A DNA stretch of 64,000 nucleotides from a virus, in IMG/VR virus record IMGVR_UViG_3300029953_000012, positions 36,201 to 100,200 of that record. The stretch is one strand, 5' to 3'. Position numbers and translations under genes: made by a program. Below the pieces are notes generated by a model. It had not been told where the DNA came from, did not search any database, and saw only the letters and a list, made by a program, of their open reading frames with translations. Positions 10,563 through 20,900 of the stretch are shown piece after piece. Within the stretch, counting starts at the first letter, position 1. The number at the start of each line of letters is the position of its first letter.

Positions 10563-12209
10563 TTAATAACCAAAGAAAAATCCCGAATTTCTTGTTGGGA
10601 CGCTTATAGTGTTACTACCAACAGCCTGTAGTGATAATAGACCCGCGCTAATACCATTATCCTGACCAATCCAAGTTTGAGTATGTGAAACATCAAATAC
10701 TCCAGTGGTGATTTCAGCATTAACTAAAAATGCGGTCACATTACTTTCAGAACCGGATTGAACGTAAGTAGAAGATATTCCCTGTAAATATCCACTCAAA
10801 ATACTAAGTCCACTGGCGGTATTATAGGTATTTCCTTCAAATGTAAATTTTTGTTTAGGTCTGGTTGCTGCTTGTAAATTTTGCACAACGTAGTCGCCTT
10901 CTATTGTAGCTCCAGCTAATAATTCATAAATCCATCTAGAAGGTTCTGAATCCATCGCATATTTCAAACTATCAAGACCCATAGGTTCAAATCCGTCTTC
11001 CATATTTAAGGATAATTTTAGTTCTGCCAATTGACTATTCTCGGTGACTTCTACATCACAATTAGGAGAAAAGTTAACAGCATTATTGTGATTACCCGAA
11101 AAAACAGGTGAACTTATAATTAAACCTGTTAAAAAGGTTCTCCAATTATTCCCACCGTTGGTATTTTTGAAGATTTGGATTTGATTTAGGCGATAGTCGA
11201 GAGGGCCGAACGTTCGAAAATCACCTTCTATCTTCCAATTTTCTGTATTGTTTAGAAAGTTTTGTGTGCAAGTCACGCTGTAATCTAGGAAACCTGAAGG
11301 ATTAGCTCCAGACACATATCCGACTTTAATATCAATAGTTGCCGCGCCAGAATCTACACTTGCATTATAAGTGTTCTTAATCCAATTCGTAGTGTTATAT
11401 CCAAACTCATTCTGTATGTCCGCCAACATTCCATAATTCAGATTATTAGTAATAATAGAATTAAGATTATTGTTTATGGGAGAACCTTGAATTTTTAAAT
11501 TATAATCCACCACCCTAAATTCTTCAGTTATACCGTCAGAAATTTCTAATGAAGTTTTTTTGACGAAAGGAGAAATAACTCCAGTATTATAAAGATAGTT
11601 CTCTGTAACTGAATAAATTGCTTCTGCACGATTAATATTTTCAGAGACAGATAATAATACCCCGGAACCCGAAGGGACAAGATAAGGAATACACGAGCCA
11701 AAAGCATCCTGACCCGTAAAAGTTTGAACAAATGAGATAGCGTTTTGAAAAGCGGGATTGGAATTTCTTACTCCTTGAGCACTGATTGAATGCAAAACTG
11801 AAACTGAACCATCTTCTCGTTCGGTGAAACTATAGGCGTTGCTAGGTTGTAAAATTCCTGATGGCATCGCCCATGATTTTAGTTTTATATTATACTTAAC
11901 GAATGAGCCTTGGAAATAAGTATTTTGGTCTAAACTAATAGACTCTACTGTAATTCCAGACCAGTTATATAGAACATTATTTTGGTCGTCTTGGACTAAT
12001 AAATCTTGGAACTGATTAGAAAAAATTCCGGTTAGATAATTTATTACTTGTCCTGTGTTTGTAATTCCTGTTACAAAACCTTGTAAATCAATGGCGGTTT
12101 CGTAAGAATATAAATATCCAAATTGTATAGGAATTTGTGAAAAATTACATAGGGGTGTCGGTGGCCCTAGGGTCACGCCGCCATAACTGATATAAATTCC
12201 AGTAGTCAT
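10563..12209 (-). CDS. Tail protein (distal-tail/baseplate region), distant paralog of 13174-14943
   Basis: 548 aa. 'YSFTEREDGSVSVLHSISAQG' resembles 'FSFATNADGNRNFNHALSFG' of the neighbouring gene. Confidence 0.55.
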   Translation of the reverse strand: MTTGIYISYGGVTLGPPTPLCNFSQIPIQFGYLYSYETAIDLQGFVTGITNTGQVINYLTGIFSNQFQDLLVQDDQNNVLYNWSGITVESISLDQNTYFQGSFVKYNIKLKSWAMPSGILQPSNAYSFTEREDGSVSVLHSISAQGVRNSNPAFQNAISFVQTFTGQDAFGSCIPYLVPSGSGVLLSVSENINRAEAIYSVTENYLYNTGVISPFVKKTSLEISDGITEEFRVVDYNLKIQGSPINNNLNSIITNNLNYGMLADIQNEFGYNTTNWIKNTYNASVDSGAATIDIKVGYVSGANPSGFLDYSVTCTQNFLNNTENWKIEGDFRTFGPLDYRLNQIQIFKNTNGGNNWRTFLTGLIISSPVFSGNHNNAVNFSPNCDVEVTENSQLAELKLSLNMEDGFEPMGLDSLKYAMDSEPSRWIYELLAGATIEGDYVVQNLQAATRPKQKFTFEGNTYNTASGLSILSGYLQGISSTYVQSGSESNVTAFLVNAEITTGVFDVSHTQTWIGQDNGISAGLLSLQAVGSNTISVPTRNSGFFFGY

Positions 12210-12219
12210 TCCTAATCAT

Positions 12220-12228
12220 TAATTACAC
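12220..12228 (-). promoter_or_regulatory. Late-promoter motif GTGTAATTA
   Basis: Exact copy, 10 nt upstream of the ATG at 12209. Confidence 0.7.
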
Positions 12229-12254
12229 TATTTTGTTATTTTTTTCTATTTTAT

Positions 12255-12263
12255 GTGTATAAT
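12255..12263 (+). promoter_or_regulatory. Promoter GTGTATAAT driving RNA copy A and the GIY-YIG gene
   Basis: Identical to the variant at 23605-23613 and contains TATAAT. It is back-to-back with the minus-strand motif at 12220 and 4 nt before the RNA structure. Confidence 0.6.
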
Positions 12264-12267
12264 ATTA

Positions 12268-12365
12268 TGTACAGATAATATGAGATTAGTTAGACCATTT
12301 TGGGCTTTTCGTGAGCGTTTTGGAAACGCACTTCTTCTCATAGAACTGTACAGCACGAAAGGCTT
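12268..12365 (+). ncRNA. Putative pseudoknotted structured RNA leader, copy A (unknown family)
   Basis: P1 pairs TGTACAG/CTGTACA and TATGAGA/TCTCATA (12268-12285 with 12336-12352). P2 pairs 12302-12313 with 12354-12365 (12 bp including G-U). P3 is GCGTTT/AAACGC. The structure ends 2 nt before the endonuclease ATG. Confidence 0.65.
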
Positions 12366-12367
12366 TT

Positions 12368-13177
12368 ATGAATAAAATATCGGGGATATACCAAATAATA
12401 AATACAAAAAATGGCAAATTTTACGTTGGAAGCTTAAAGGATTGTTACGCAAGAAAAGGGAGGCATTTTAGGCACTTAAAAAATAGAACTCATTATAATG
12501 ATTATTTACAAAGGTCTTTTGATAAATACGGGGAATCTTCGTTTGTATTTTTAGTCTTGGAAGAAGATATACCTGAAAATAGTTTGCTTTCTATAGAGCA
12601 ATTATATTTAGACGAAATATCTAAAGATAAACAACATTCTATGAATGCTGGTTTTATAGCTGGTAGAGTAGAAATGACAGACGAAATTAAACAAAAAATA
12701 AGAATAACAAGGATAGGGAAGAAAATGAGTGAAGTTACAAAAAAGAAACTTTCTGAATTGGGGTTGGGGGAAAAGAATCACTTTTTTGGGAAACACCATA
12801 CACAAGAATCAAAAAAGAAAATTGGTAAAAAGGGAGAAAAACATCCATTTTTTGGTAAACGTCATTCTGAAGCAAGTAAAAGAAAAATATCCAAAGCTAA
12901 TAAGGGAAGAGTCCTGTCGGTCTTGACTAGAAAAAATATATCTCTTGCTAAAAAAGGAGTTCCTCGTTCAAAAGAGGCTATAAGGAAAACACAATTAGCG
13001 ATAATGATTCCAATAAAACAATTAGACAAAATAACTGGAAATATTATTAAAATTTGGCCGTCTATGAAGGATGCATCAATATCATTAGGAATTAGCAATG
13101 GTTATACTGGCAATATTAGTAGAGCATGTTCAAAAATAAAACCATCTGCCTACGGTTTCAAATGGGAATACGCTTAA
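12368..13177 (+). CDS. Free-standing GIY-YIG homing endonuclease with NUMOD3 repeats and a C-terminal NUMOD1-like domain
   Basis: SGIYQIINTKNGKFYVGS...R...H...N.YLQRSF.KYG...E motif. Repeats 'HFFGKHHTQESKKKI' and 'HPFFGKRHSEASKRKIS'. C-terminus 'WPSMKDAS...ISRAC...SAYGFKWEY'. It is antisense to the tail operon and its stop overlaps the neighbour's stop in TTAA (13174-13177). Confidence 0.92.
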   Translation: MNKISGIYQIINTKNGKFYVGSLKDCYARKGRHFRHLKNRTHYNDYLQRSFDKYGESSFVFLVLEEDIPENSLLSIEQLYLDEISKDKQHSMNAGFIAGRVEMTDEIKQKIRITRIGKKMSEVTKKKLSELGLGEKNHFFGKHHTQESKKKIGKKGEKHPFFGKRHSEASKRKISKANKGRVLSVLTRKNISLAKKGVPRSKEAIRKTQLAIMIPIKQLDKITGNIIKIWPSMKDASISLGISNGYTGNISRACSKIKPSAYGFKWEYA

Positions 13178-14943
13178 GGATTATTTGCCGAAAGCCGCTT
13201 TTTCCAAGTATATACGTAATTGATTTCTACGACCAATTTTCCATCTGAGTTAAACGAGTAACGAGAAGATTCTAGAAACCAGTTTAACGTTAGATTAGGA
13301 GTATTCAATTGATTTAAAAAAGTTGTCCCTCCGTACTGATATAGAGCCGTCAAGTAATTCGCCAAAGGAATCCCGTTTATAGTAGAAAAATTTCCAGATG
13401 GAAGAGCGAATTGATTACTCTGTTTTCCTAACTGAGTATTAAAACTGATGGAGATTTCCCCTTTCTCTGTTTGATAAGCGTAAGATAGGACTGATAAATT
13501 GTTTGGCCTATTTACAATTTTAAATTCATTTACAATATCCACGGGTTTTTTATTTGAAATTTTCACATCCAACACATTAAACTCCAACCCATTTACGGTA
13601 ACAAAATAAGAAGGGTTGTTTGAATATTCGAACTTACAAGACCCCCTAGTTTTTATATTGGGCCACGTAAATTCCCGTGAAACCATGTTCATTTCTGGCA
13701 ACTCCGAGTCAATAACAGAAAAATTATTAGTGTAGTAGTTACTAATAGTTGTTGGACTAATCCCGGTTGTGTTATTCATTAGTGTCTGAAAATATCCCGA
13801 ATTATTTATAATACGGTTTACTGTATAATCAAAAGTATGTGATGCCTCAATAAGATTGTAAGTTCCTATCTTAAATTCTATCAATTGGGCAGTAATTGTT
13901 CCGTCTCCAGAAAATGTTGGATTGTTGGTAAACGATGTTTCGTAAGAGGCCGACAGACTTCTAGCATCATAAGTCTTAATGGTCTTCACTGGCGTATTTA
14001 TTAGTGGGAGTAAACCAGAATTACTTATAACTAAATATTGACTATCTTGGTTAATCACGCCGCTATTATAAAATCCACTATAAATATTAACACATCTGCC
14101 ATAAGAGTTAGATAGGTAATAATCTAATGTAGTTTCTGCCACCGCGAAATTGATTTTCCCAAAGGTAGAAGTTCTCTCTGAAACTTGGATAACACCATCC
14201 GTGCCCATCTCCAGAGAGTTAGTCAGGTTATAGATTATACCAGAACCATCGAAAGGTAGTTCCTCTCTCTTACGCGAAAAGGAATATTGGTTTTTAAATA
14301 GGTCTACTGACTCAGTATAGTAGTTTCTGAATATACCAGTATTTCCTACTCCACTTATCTGGTTGACCATAGTATATAGGCCGAATGAAGTTCCAGTATC
14401 TCCAGCGAAAATCCCGCTGGCTATCTGAGCCGCCAAAGCCCTTCTTCCCGTGGCTGTATTCGTACCAGAAATACCCGTTCTAATTCCGAAAGATAAAGCA
14501 TGATTAAAGTTTCTATTTCCATCAGCATTAGTAGCAAACGAAAAATCTTCCTTGAAGTCTAGAATCGTTGTTCCAAAATTTATGAAAAAACCCGTATCCA
14601 AACCTTCATAATAATTCCCTGTTAGTTCAGGAAACATTGATACAATATTAGTTACTGGGGAATGTACTTCCACCGTAACATTAAATTTAGATGCCTTTAA
14701 AGAGTCCGACGGGAAAGCGTATGTGTTTTGTGTTTGGAATACGGTAGTATTAATATCCCCGCTATAAACTTGCAAAAATTGCTGTTGTATTTGACTTTGA
14801 ATTGTCTGAGCAGAAACCAGATAATCCGTGCTATAAATTTCAAAACTATAAACAGAGACATCCTTTAAAGCAATAGAATTAGCTAAAAATTGCCTCGAAA
14901 CTTGCACTCCCAAAGAACCCGTTACCAAGCCAGAAATATTCAT
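13174..14943 (-). CDS. Tail protein immediately downstream of the tape measure
   Basis: 589 aa. Called from position and SG/TG-rich composition. Confidence 0.55.
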   Translation of the reverse strand: MNISGLVTGSLGVQVSRQFLANSIALKDVSVYSFEIYSTDYLVSAQTIQSQIQQQFLQVYSGDINTTVFQTQNTYAFPSDSLKASKFNVTVEVHSPVTNIVSMFPELTGNYYEGLDTGFFINFGTTILDFKEDFSFATNADGNRNFNHALSFGIRTGISGTNTATGRRALAAQIASGIFAGDTGTSFGLYTMVNQISGVGNTGIFRNYYTESVDLFKNQYSFSRKREELPFDGSGIIYNLTNSLEMGTDGVIQVSERTSTFGKINFAVAETTLDYYLSNSYGRCVNIYSGFYNSGVINQDSQYLVISNSGLLPLINTPVKTIKTYDARSLSASYETSFTNNPTFSGDGTITAQLIEFKIGTYNLIEASHTFDYTVNRIINNSGYFQTLMNNTTGISPTTISNYYTNNFSVIDSELPEMNMVSREFTWPNIKTRGSCKFEYSNNPSYFVTVNGLEFNVLDVKISNKKPVDIVNEFKIVNRPNNLSVLSYAYQTEKGEISISFNTQLGKQSNQFALPSGNFSTINGIPLANYLTALYQYGGTTFLNQLNTPNLTLNWFLESSRYSFNSDGKLVVEINYVYTWKKRLSANNP

Positions 14944-14946
14944 ATA

Positions 14947-17900
14947 TTATTGTACCTTTGCTGGCAGCGGCTGATTACTAGTTACACTCTTAATTAAATC
15001 CAGTATCCCTGCCGCATTTGGAGTAACTGTAATATTAATTGGTGCCAAACCTTTAGACAATATCTCTGCCGCTGCCGTCATCAATTTTGCGGCTGTCATT
15101 AAATCAACTGCTCCCGTTTGCAAATTCTTAAATCCTTCCTGATTTTTCTGGAGTTCATCCTGTCTATTATCTTTCGTGGCAGTAAGATTTTGTTTATCCA
15201 AAATACTTTGTGGAGTTTGATTTCCAAATTGTTTCTGAGTAAGACTAGAAGCAGATTTTGATGCCAAGTCGTCGTTATATTTTAGATATGCCAATCCCGC
15301 ACTACTCTTAGTTAAATTGCGCTCAATCATCTGCCTCTGGGCTTCTCTGTCCTTCTGATACTTAGCCTCTAATTCTGGAGAATCTTTACCCAAGGCAGAA
15401 TAACTTTGGTTTCCTAATCCTCCTTTATAACCATATAAATAGCCGTTTCTATTAATGGTGTGTTCAGGTAAAATTCTGTTTTGGAAAATATTACTTTTTG
15501 TTTGGTTAAAATAGTTATTGGCGTCCTTATCGGTTAGGGCTTTTTCTATTCTGGCACTTTTTGAATGCATACCCGTCGCGTGTTCGTAATTTTGATTAAA
15601 TACTTCGTCGGTAGAAGTCCTATATTTGTCTCCATACTTTTTGATAAAATTCATTCTATCATCAAGTCTTTTGCCGCGAACTTCTTCTGTTTCAATTTGG
15701 GAACCGTATTGCATCCTTTCACTATTTTTATCAACCAAATATCTTCCCGCCATAGCTACATAGCTTAATGGACTCTTGCTAACCCCTAATAAGCCAAGAC
15801 CCATATTACCAATTCCTTCTGAATAGTGTCCTTGTTTAAAATCGTCATATGATTCCTTAGCAGCAAATCCGACTCCTACCGCTCCTAACGCAGTACCTCC
15901 CACTCTGGCAAATTTACCAAGTTTACCAGCGTTTTTCCATCCAGAAAGTGGGTTTAGAGAATCTGCTAATGAGCCAAATTTAAGTGAAAAAGCCTCCTTT
16001 ACTCCACTAGAGGTTGAAGAAACGTTTTTTGCTAATGAATCACGTAAAGAAACTCTTCTTGCTATTTCAGTGTCATAAGCTGTTCCACTGCCATAACGTA
16101 AAGGTTCTACTTTAAGTGATTTTCCAATTTTTTGAGATTCTTGACTATTTATGGTTGAAATTCTATCATTCAAAACTCCTTCACGAGCAGAATTTCCTAA
16201 TAATAAATTCCTAGCTCTTGTATATTCCCTTAAGGCTGTTTTTCCTCCCTTTAGAGAAGAGGTATTAACTTGACCAGCGAGTATATCATAATGTTCTGGA
16301 AGAAGACCTTTTTCTTGACCACCAAGATATGTTTGTTTAATATATTCCGGCATTCTTTCCTGACGAACCTTAAGAATCTTATCATAGGCATCCTGCATTC
16401 TTTTTTCATAAATAGCTTTATTTGACGCTAAAGTTTTAAGTTCTGCTTTGGCGTCTTCAATAGGACTAAAAGCGGTTCCTGTTGGTGCGGCAAGTTTAGA
16501 ATTCGAATTTATAGCGAAATTAGATTGTTTCTCTAATGTTGGAATACCAAAATTTCCTTTAATTTCTTGAGCTACTTTTGAGGCAGCTTTTTCTCCAGCA
16601 GCAATCGCAGACTCACCAGCTTGAGCCGTTTTAGGATTTATAATTGCTTCTTTAAGTCCTTTAAATTCTGTTACTAATTCCTTTGTGGCTTCTCCCCCTC
16701 CACGACCCTTGAACATTGCCCCAATAGATAAAATTAATGCACCCGCAGATAACATAGCCCCACCAGACGGAATGGCGTTCATTCCCAATGTTTGATACCA
16801 CTTAGCAGGGGGTGGTGTCGGAGGAGGTGTAGAATTATCTGTTCCGTTAGGAGTATATTTATTAGACTCGGCGGTTTTAGCGTCTTCTGACTTTTGAATT
16901 AAGTCCTGAAAAGTTTTAAAATTAGTACCTAGTGTTTCAAGACTATGAGAAAAAATATCCAAATCACCAGAAGCGCGTTTTACTGAGGTATCCAATGGAC
17001 TAATATCCAAACCACTTTGTCCTCCGGGTATAGGGCTATTAATATCCAAAGATGGCGTATTAACCCCCTTATACTTTCCAAAAGTTCTATCGAATGACCT
17101 TTCATCACTATTAGCAAATTGCTGTAAACCAGAACCAGCGTAAATATAATTATAAGCCGCTCTTGAACCAGCTTGAGCAGTGTCATACAAACCTCGTATT
17201 TGAGGATTATTATAATCTCTCTCGTCAGAAGGTATGAAATTAAGCAAATCTCTAGCTGCCTCACCTCGGCGTATGGTGCTGCGACTGTGAGTCATTGTAT
17301 ATTCATCTCGGCGAAGTTCTATACGAGCACTTCTAGCACCCCCACGAGCCAATTCATCAATACCTTTAATACCATCCGCTAGTTCGCTAAATCTGGCAGT
17401 CTTAATCTCAGCAAGTAAGTCATACAAAGCCTTAGTTTGTTCTTCGGCGTTCTTTTCTGCAATAGTCTTGGATTCAAGAAGGATATTACCGATATCTTCG
17501 GTTTTGCTTGAAAGTGCGCTGCTTAAAGAACTCTGTAAACCACTAAATTGAACGGGTTTAAACATCTCATTTCCCGTTTCTCCAACAGTAGCTCCAGCCC
17601 CCAAAAAGTTCTTAATAAAAGAATCTTTGTCCGTTACTCCACTGAGAATATTTTGTGGGTTTTTGGAAAACTCAGATAACCTCGAAGCAAGATATTCATT
17701 TTGTCTTTGTTTGTCTGGTAATAACGTAGCAAGACCGGAGGCGTCTGTTGAATTTGTCAAAGTTGGACGAATAAATTCTTGAGTAACCTTTTGTAGACTT
17801 TCGCTAATAGATTTTTTGCCAGCAATATTATTTAATGACGAATCTCTCTGAAATTGGTCATTTAAGTCTTGGATTTTCAACGCATAACGCTGTTGAATTG

Positions 17901-20900
17901 TTGACGAGTCAGAAGTAGTTAAAGATGATAATTCGTTTTGTTTTCCACCTTTGTAAGTAGCCAAGGAAGCGGTTCTATAAGTTGACTCCGCGCCCGCCAC
18001 ACCAGATGCTAAATTGAAATTGGATATTAATGCACCTTTGGAAATAACATTTTGAAGTTCTTGGTTGTACTTTTGGCGGATTGCCATTTCTTGAATGTTA
18101 ATTTCATTAAGAGCCTTGATATGTCTATCCCATTCGTCAACTCCAACACCTTTTGGAATTTTAAATTTATTAATCTCGTAAGAAAGTTGTTTAAATAATT
18201 GAGCGGCAGATTGGGTTCCTAAATCTGTATAGATAGGATTTTTAACCGCTTCACTCATATAAGAACTTATGTCATTATCATTCAAAGCCCCTTTCTTCAT
18301 TCTGTCCGAAAACCCTTGAGGCATTAAATCAGAGTCCATAACCCTTTGACCAATTGCTACTGCTGCTTGACTTAATGTATTCTGTTTCTCTAATATGTCT
18401 GTCGGGTTTGTTCCTCCAAAAAGACCAGTATCAGTAGCAAAAATTCCACCCGCCCTAGACTCAGCGAAACTATGACCGGCAATAGAATTATTAGCCACCA
18501 TTTGGGCTAAATTCATTCGTATTTCAGTTTCGCTCTTGTCGGCGGATTGTGTGTTGATAGCCTGACTAAGAATATTCCTCTTTTCTTCCGATGTTCCTGC
18601 TCCTTCTAGTTTTTGAACGATTTCTGCACCGCCACCTTTTCCAGAGGCATCAGGATTTATTCCCGCTAAAGCTATTAGAGATTTGGAATACTTACTCTGA
18701 AGGGATTGGTATTCATCAAGGGTGACGGCTGTATCATTTGCTGCGGCTTTTAATTTATCAAAAGAATCAAGAACGTCATTACCCGCGCTTGATAGATTTT
18801 CAGCCCTCGTACTTGCCAAATCATAGGCTCTTTCAAAAGTCCCGAATTTAGAAGCAGTAATAGATAATGCATTTGACAAAGAATTTGCCGCTACTCCAGC
18901 GGCGGTGATTACTCCCAATTTATTTGGGAAAGTTAATAATAATTGACTAGCAGTTACTATTCCATTAGAAAACTCTTCTAAACCTTTTGAAGCATCAACG
19001 GCACCAAAGTTTTTTGAAAAACTAGCCGCCTGTTCTATTGCCATGGGCGCGGCAATCATACCATATATAGAACCGCTACTTATTTTTCCAGATATTCCAG
19101 AAACTCTTTGCCTATAGTTTTGGTATTCAGCATTTTGAGCAGCTTGAACGGTCGGGTCTTTTGAAAACGAACTGTTTTTAGATTTTATAGCATCAGCTAA
19201 TTTATCTACGTCATTATATTCTTGACCATTATATTTAGTAGAACCTTCAACTTGAATATTCTTTTGAAGAATGGCAAATTGTTCGTTAGTTTTTCTAATT
19301 AACTCGATTTGTTTTTCGTATCCGAAAGAAAGGGAGTTTAATATTCCTCCCATCTTATTTCCTAAAACACCCTGTAAAGAACCTAAAATTAAAGAATCGG
19401 TAATACCGAAATTCGGAACAAATCCACCTCCCATGTTTTTAACATCTGTTTGTCCAATTGTAGCGTGTTGATTTATTGCATCCTGTGGGCTATTCTGATA
19501 AGATTTATCATATACCATGGCTCCTAATGGATTGTTGGTGGAAACGGCTTCTGGAGAAAATCCGATAGTAGCAGAAGAAGAATTTTCTCTTATTAATGCT
19601 TTTCTAACGGCTTCTCGTTCGTAAAACCACTCTAAAATTTCTTTTCCTGCCAGTCTCTTATCCCCCACAACAATTTGTGCATTTGGATTTTTTGACATTG
19701 CAAGATAACTTGATAGTTCTATATCAGAACCCAATTTAGTAGTATATCTATATGCTCCATAATTTTGATTTTTTCTTTCTGCTGAAGCTTGCAATCCCCT
19801 TTTGTTGGCATAAACTCCCCTCTTAACAATATTTTGATTTTGGGTGTCCCAAATATGATATGGTTCGCTTGGGTCTGGCATTGCTGCATTTGGAACAGAA
19901 AAACCACCAGCAGGAGTTACCGATATATTTGCACCAATTTCTTTTCCAACAGCACTTACTATATTAGCTGAGAAAGCTTGATTAACATTTCCTTCATATA
20001 CCCTTTGCATTACTCCACTAGAAAGTTCTGTTAGAGCTTGTCTTTTTAATTGTACTCCTTTAGCTCCACCAATAGAATTAGCCTCATTAAGAAGGGCGAT
20101 ATATTTTTCCATCAATCCATTATTCTGAGAAAGAACTTGTCCAATTCCCTGTTGAATCATTTTCTGTTTTTCGGCTGGTTCGTTATAACCTAATTCAGTT
20201 TTTCCAGAAGCGATAGCGAACGCCCCGAATCCTTTTGTAATTTTAGCAATCAAAGCCGCTGCTATTTGAATACCGGGACCAGAAATAATATCTCCAAGAC
20301 CTTTCGCAAAACCTTGACCAATACTTTTACTAATCTTATCCCCCGTGTCGGATTTTTCAGTAATTGAATCTAGACTGTCTGCGATTTTTTGTATTTGACT
20401 ATTAAAAGAGTCTAACTGACTTTTTGCTCCACTACCCATACTTACATTTCCTAAAGACGAAACTAGTTTTGTGAATGTTAAAACTGTGGTATTAAGTTTG
20501 GAAGCGATAGTATCATTAAGAGATACCATACGTTGTTCGATAAGACCAGTTGATTGACCGGCAGCAATTACAGCCTTGTCGTAAATAGAAAATCCATGTC
20601 CCAAATCATTTAAAGAAGCCTTTAAAATGTTAACTTGATAAACACCACCAACAGCTTCTGTGACGAATGACTTTTGAGCATAATTAAGGTTATTGTATTG
20701 AGACGCGAGATTCTTTAAAATACTAATTAAAGGAAGAACTTGTCCTGCCGCATTTTTTGTTTGCACTCCAACGGCTTCCAAATCGTTTATAACTTCTGGT
20801 CTTCCTAACCTTGTAAAAATAGACTTGAAAGCGTTACCAATAACGGCACCACCACGAGCCGTAGCGGTCTGGACAGCGGTAACTAATCCCAATAATTGAT

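Noticed and set aside
12268-12365. Hammerhead or HDV-like ribozyme assignment for the RNA motif
   Set aside because: GUGAG...GAAAC is suggestive, but the CUGANGA core is missing. The HDV P1.1/P4/J4-2 catalytic C elements are also absent. Left as an unknown family.
12280-12375. Small ORFs overlapping the RNA motifs (MRLVRPFWAF... and MRKVCFVNLY...)
   Set aside because: They read the shared core in different frames, so conservation is not at the protein level.
12210-13177. Group I intron around the GIY-YIG gene
   Set aside because: The gene is antisense and intergenic, the flanking genes are complete, and there is no room for an intron core.
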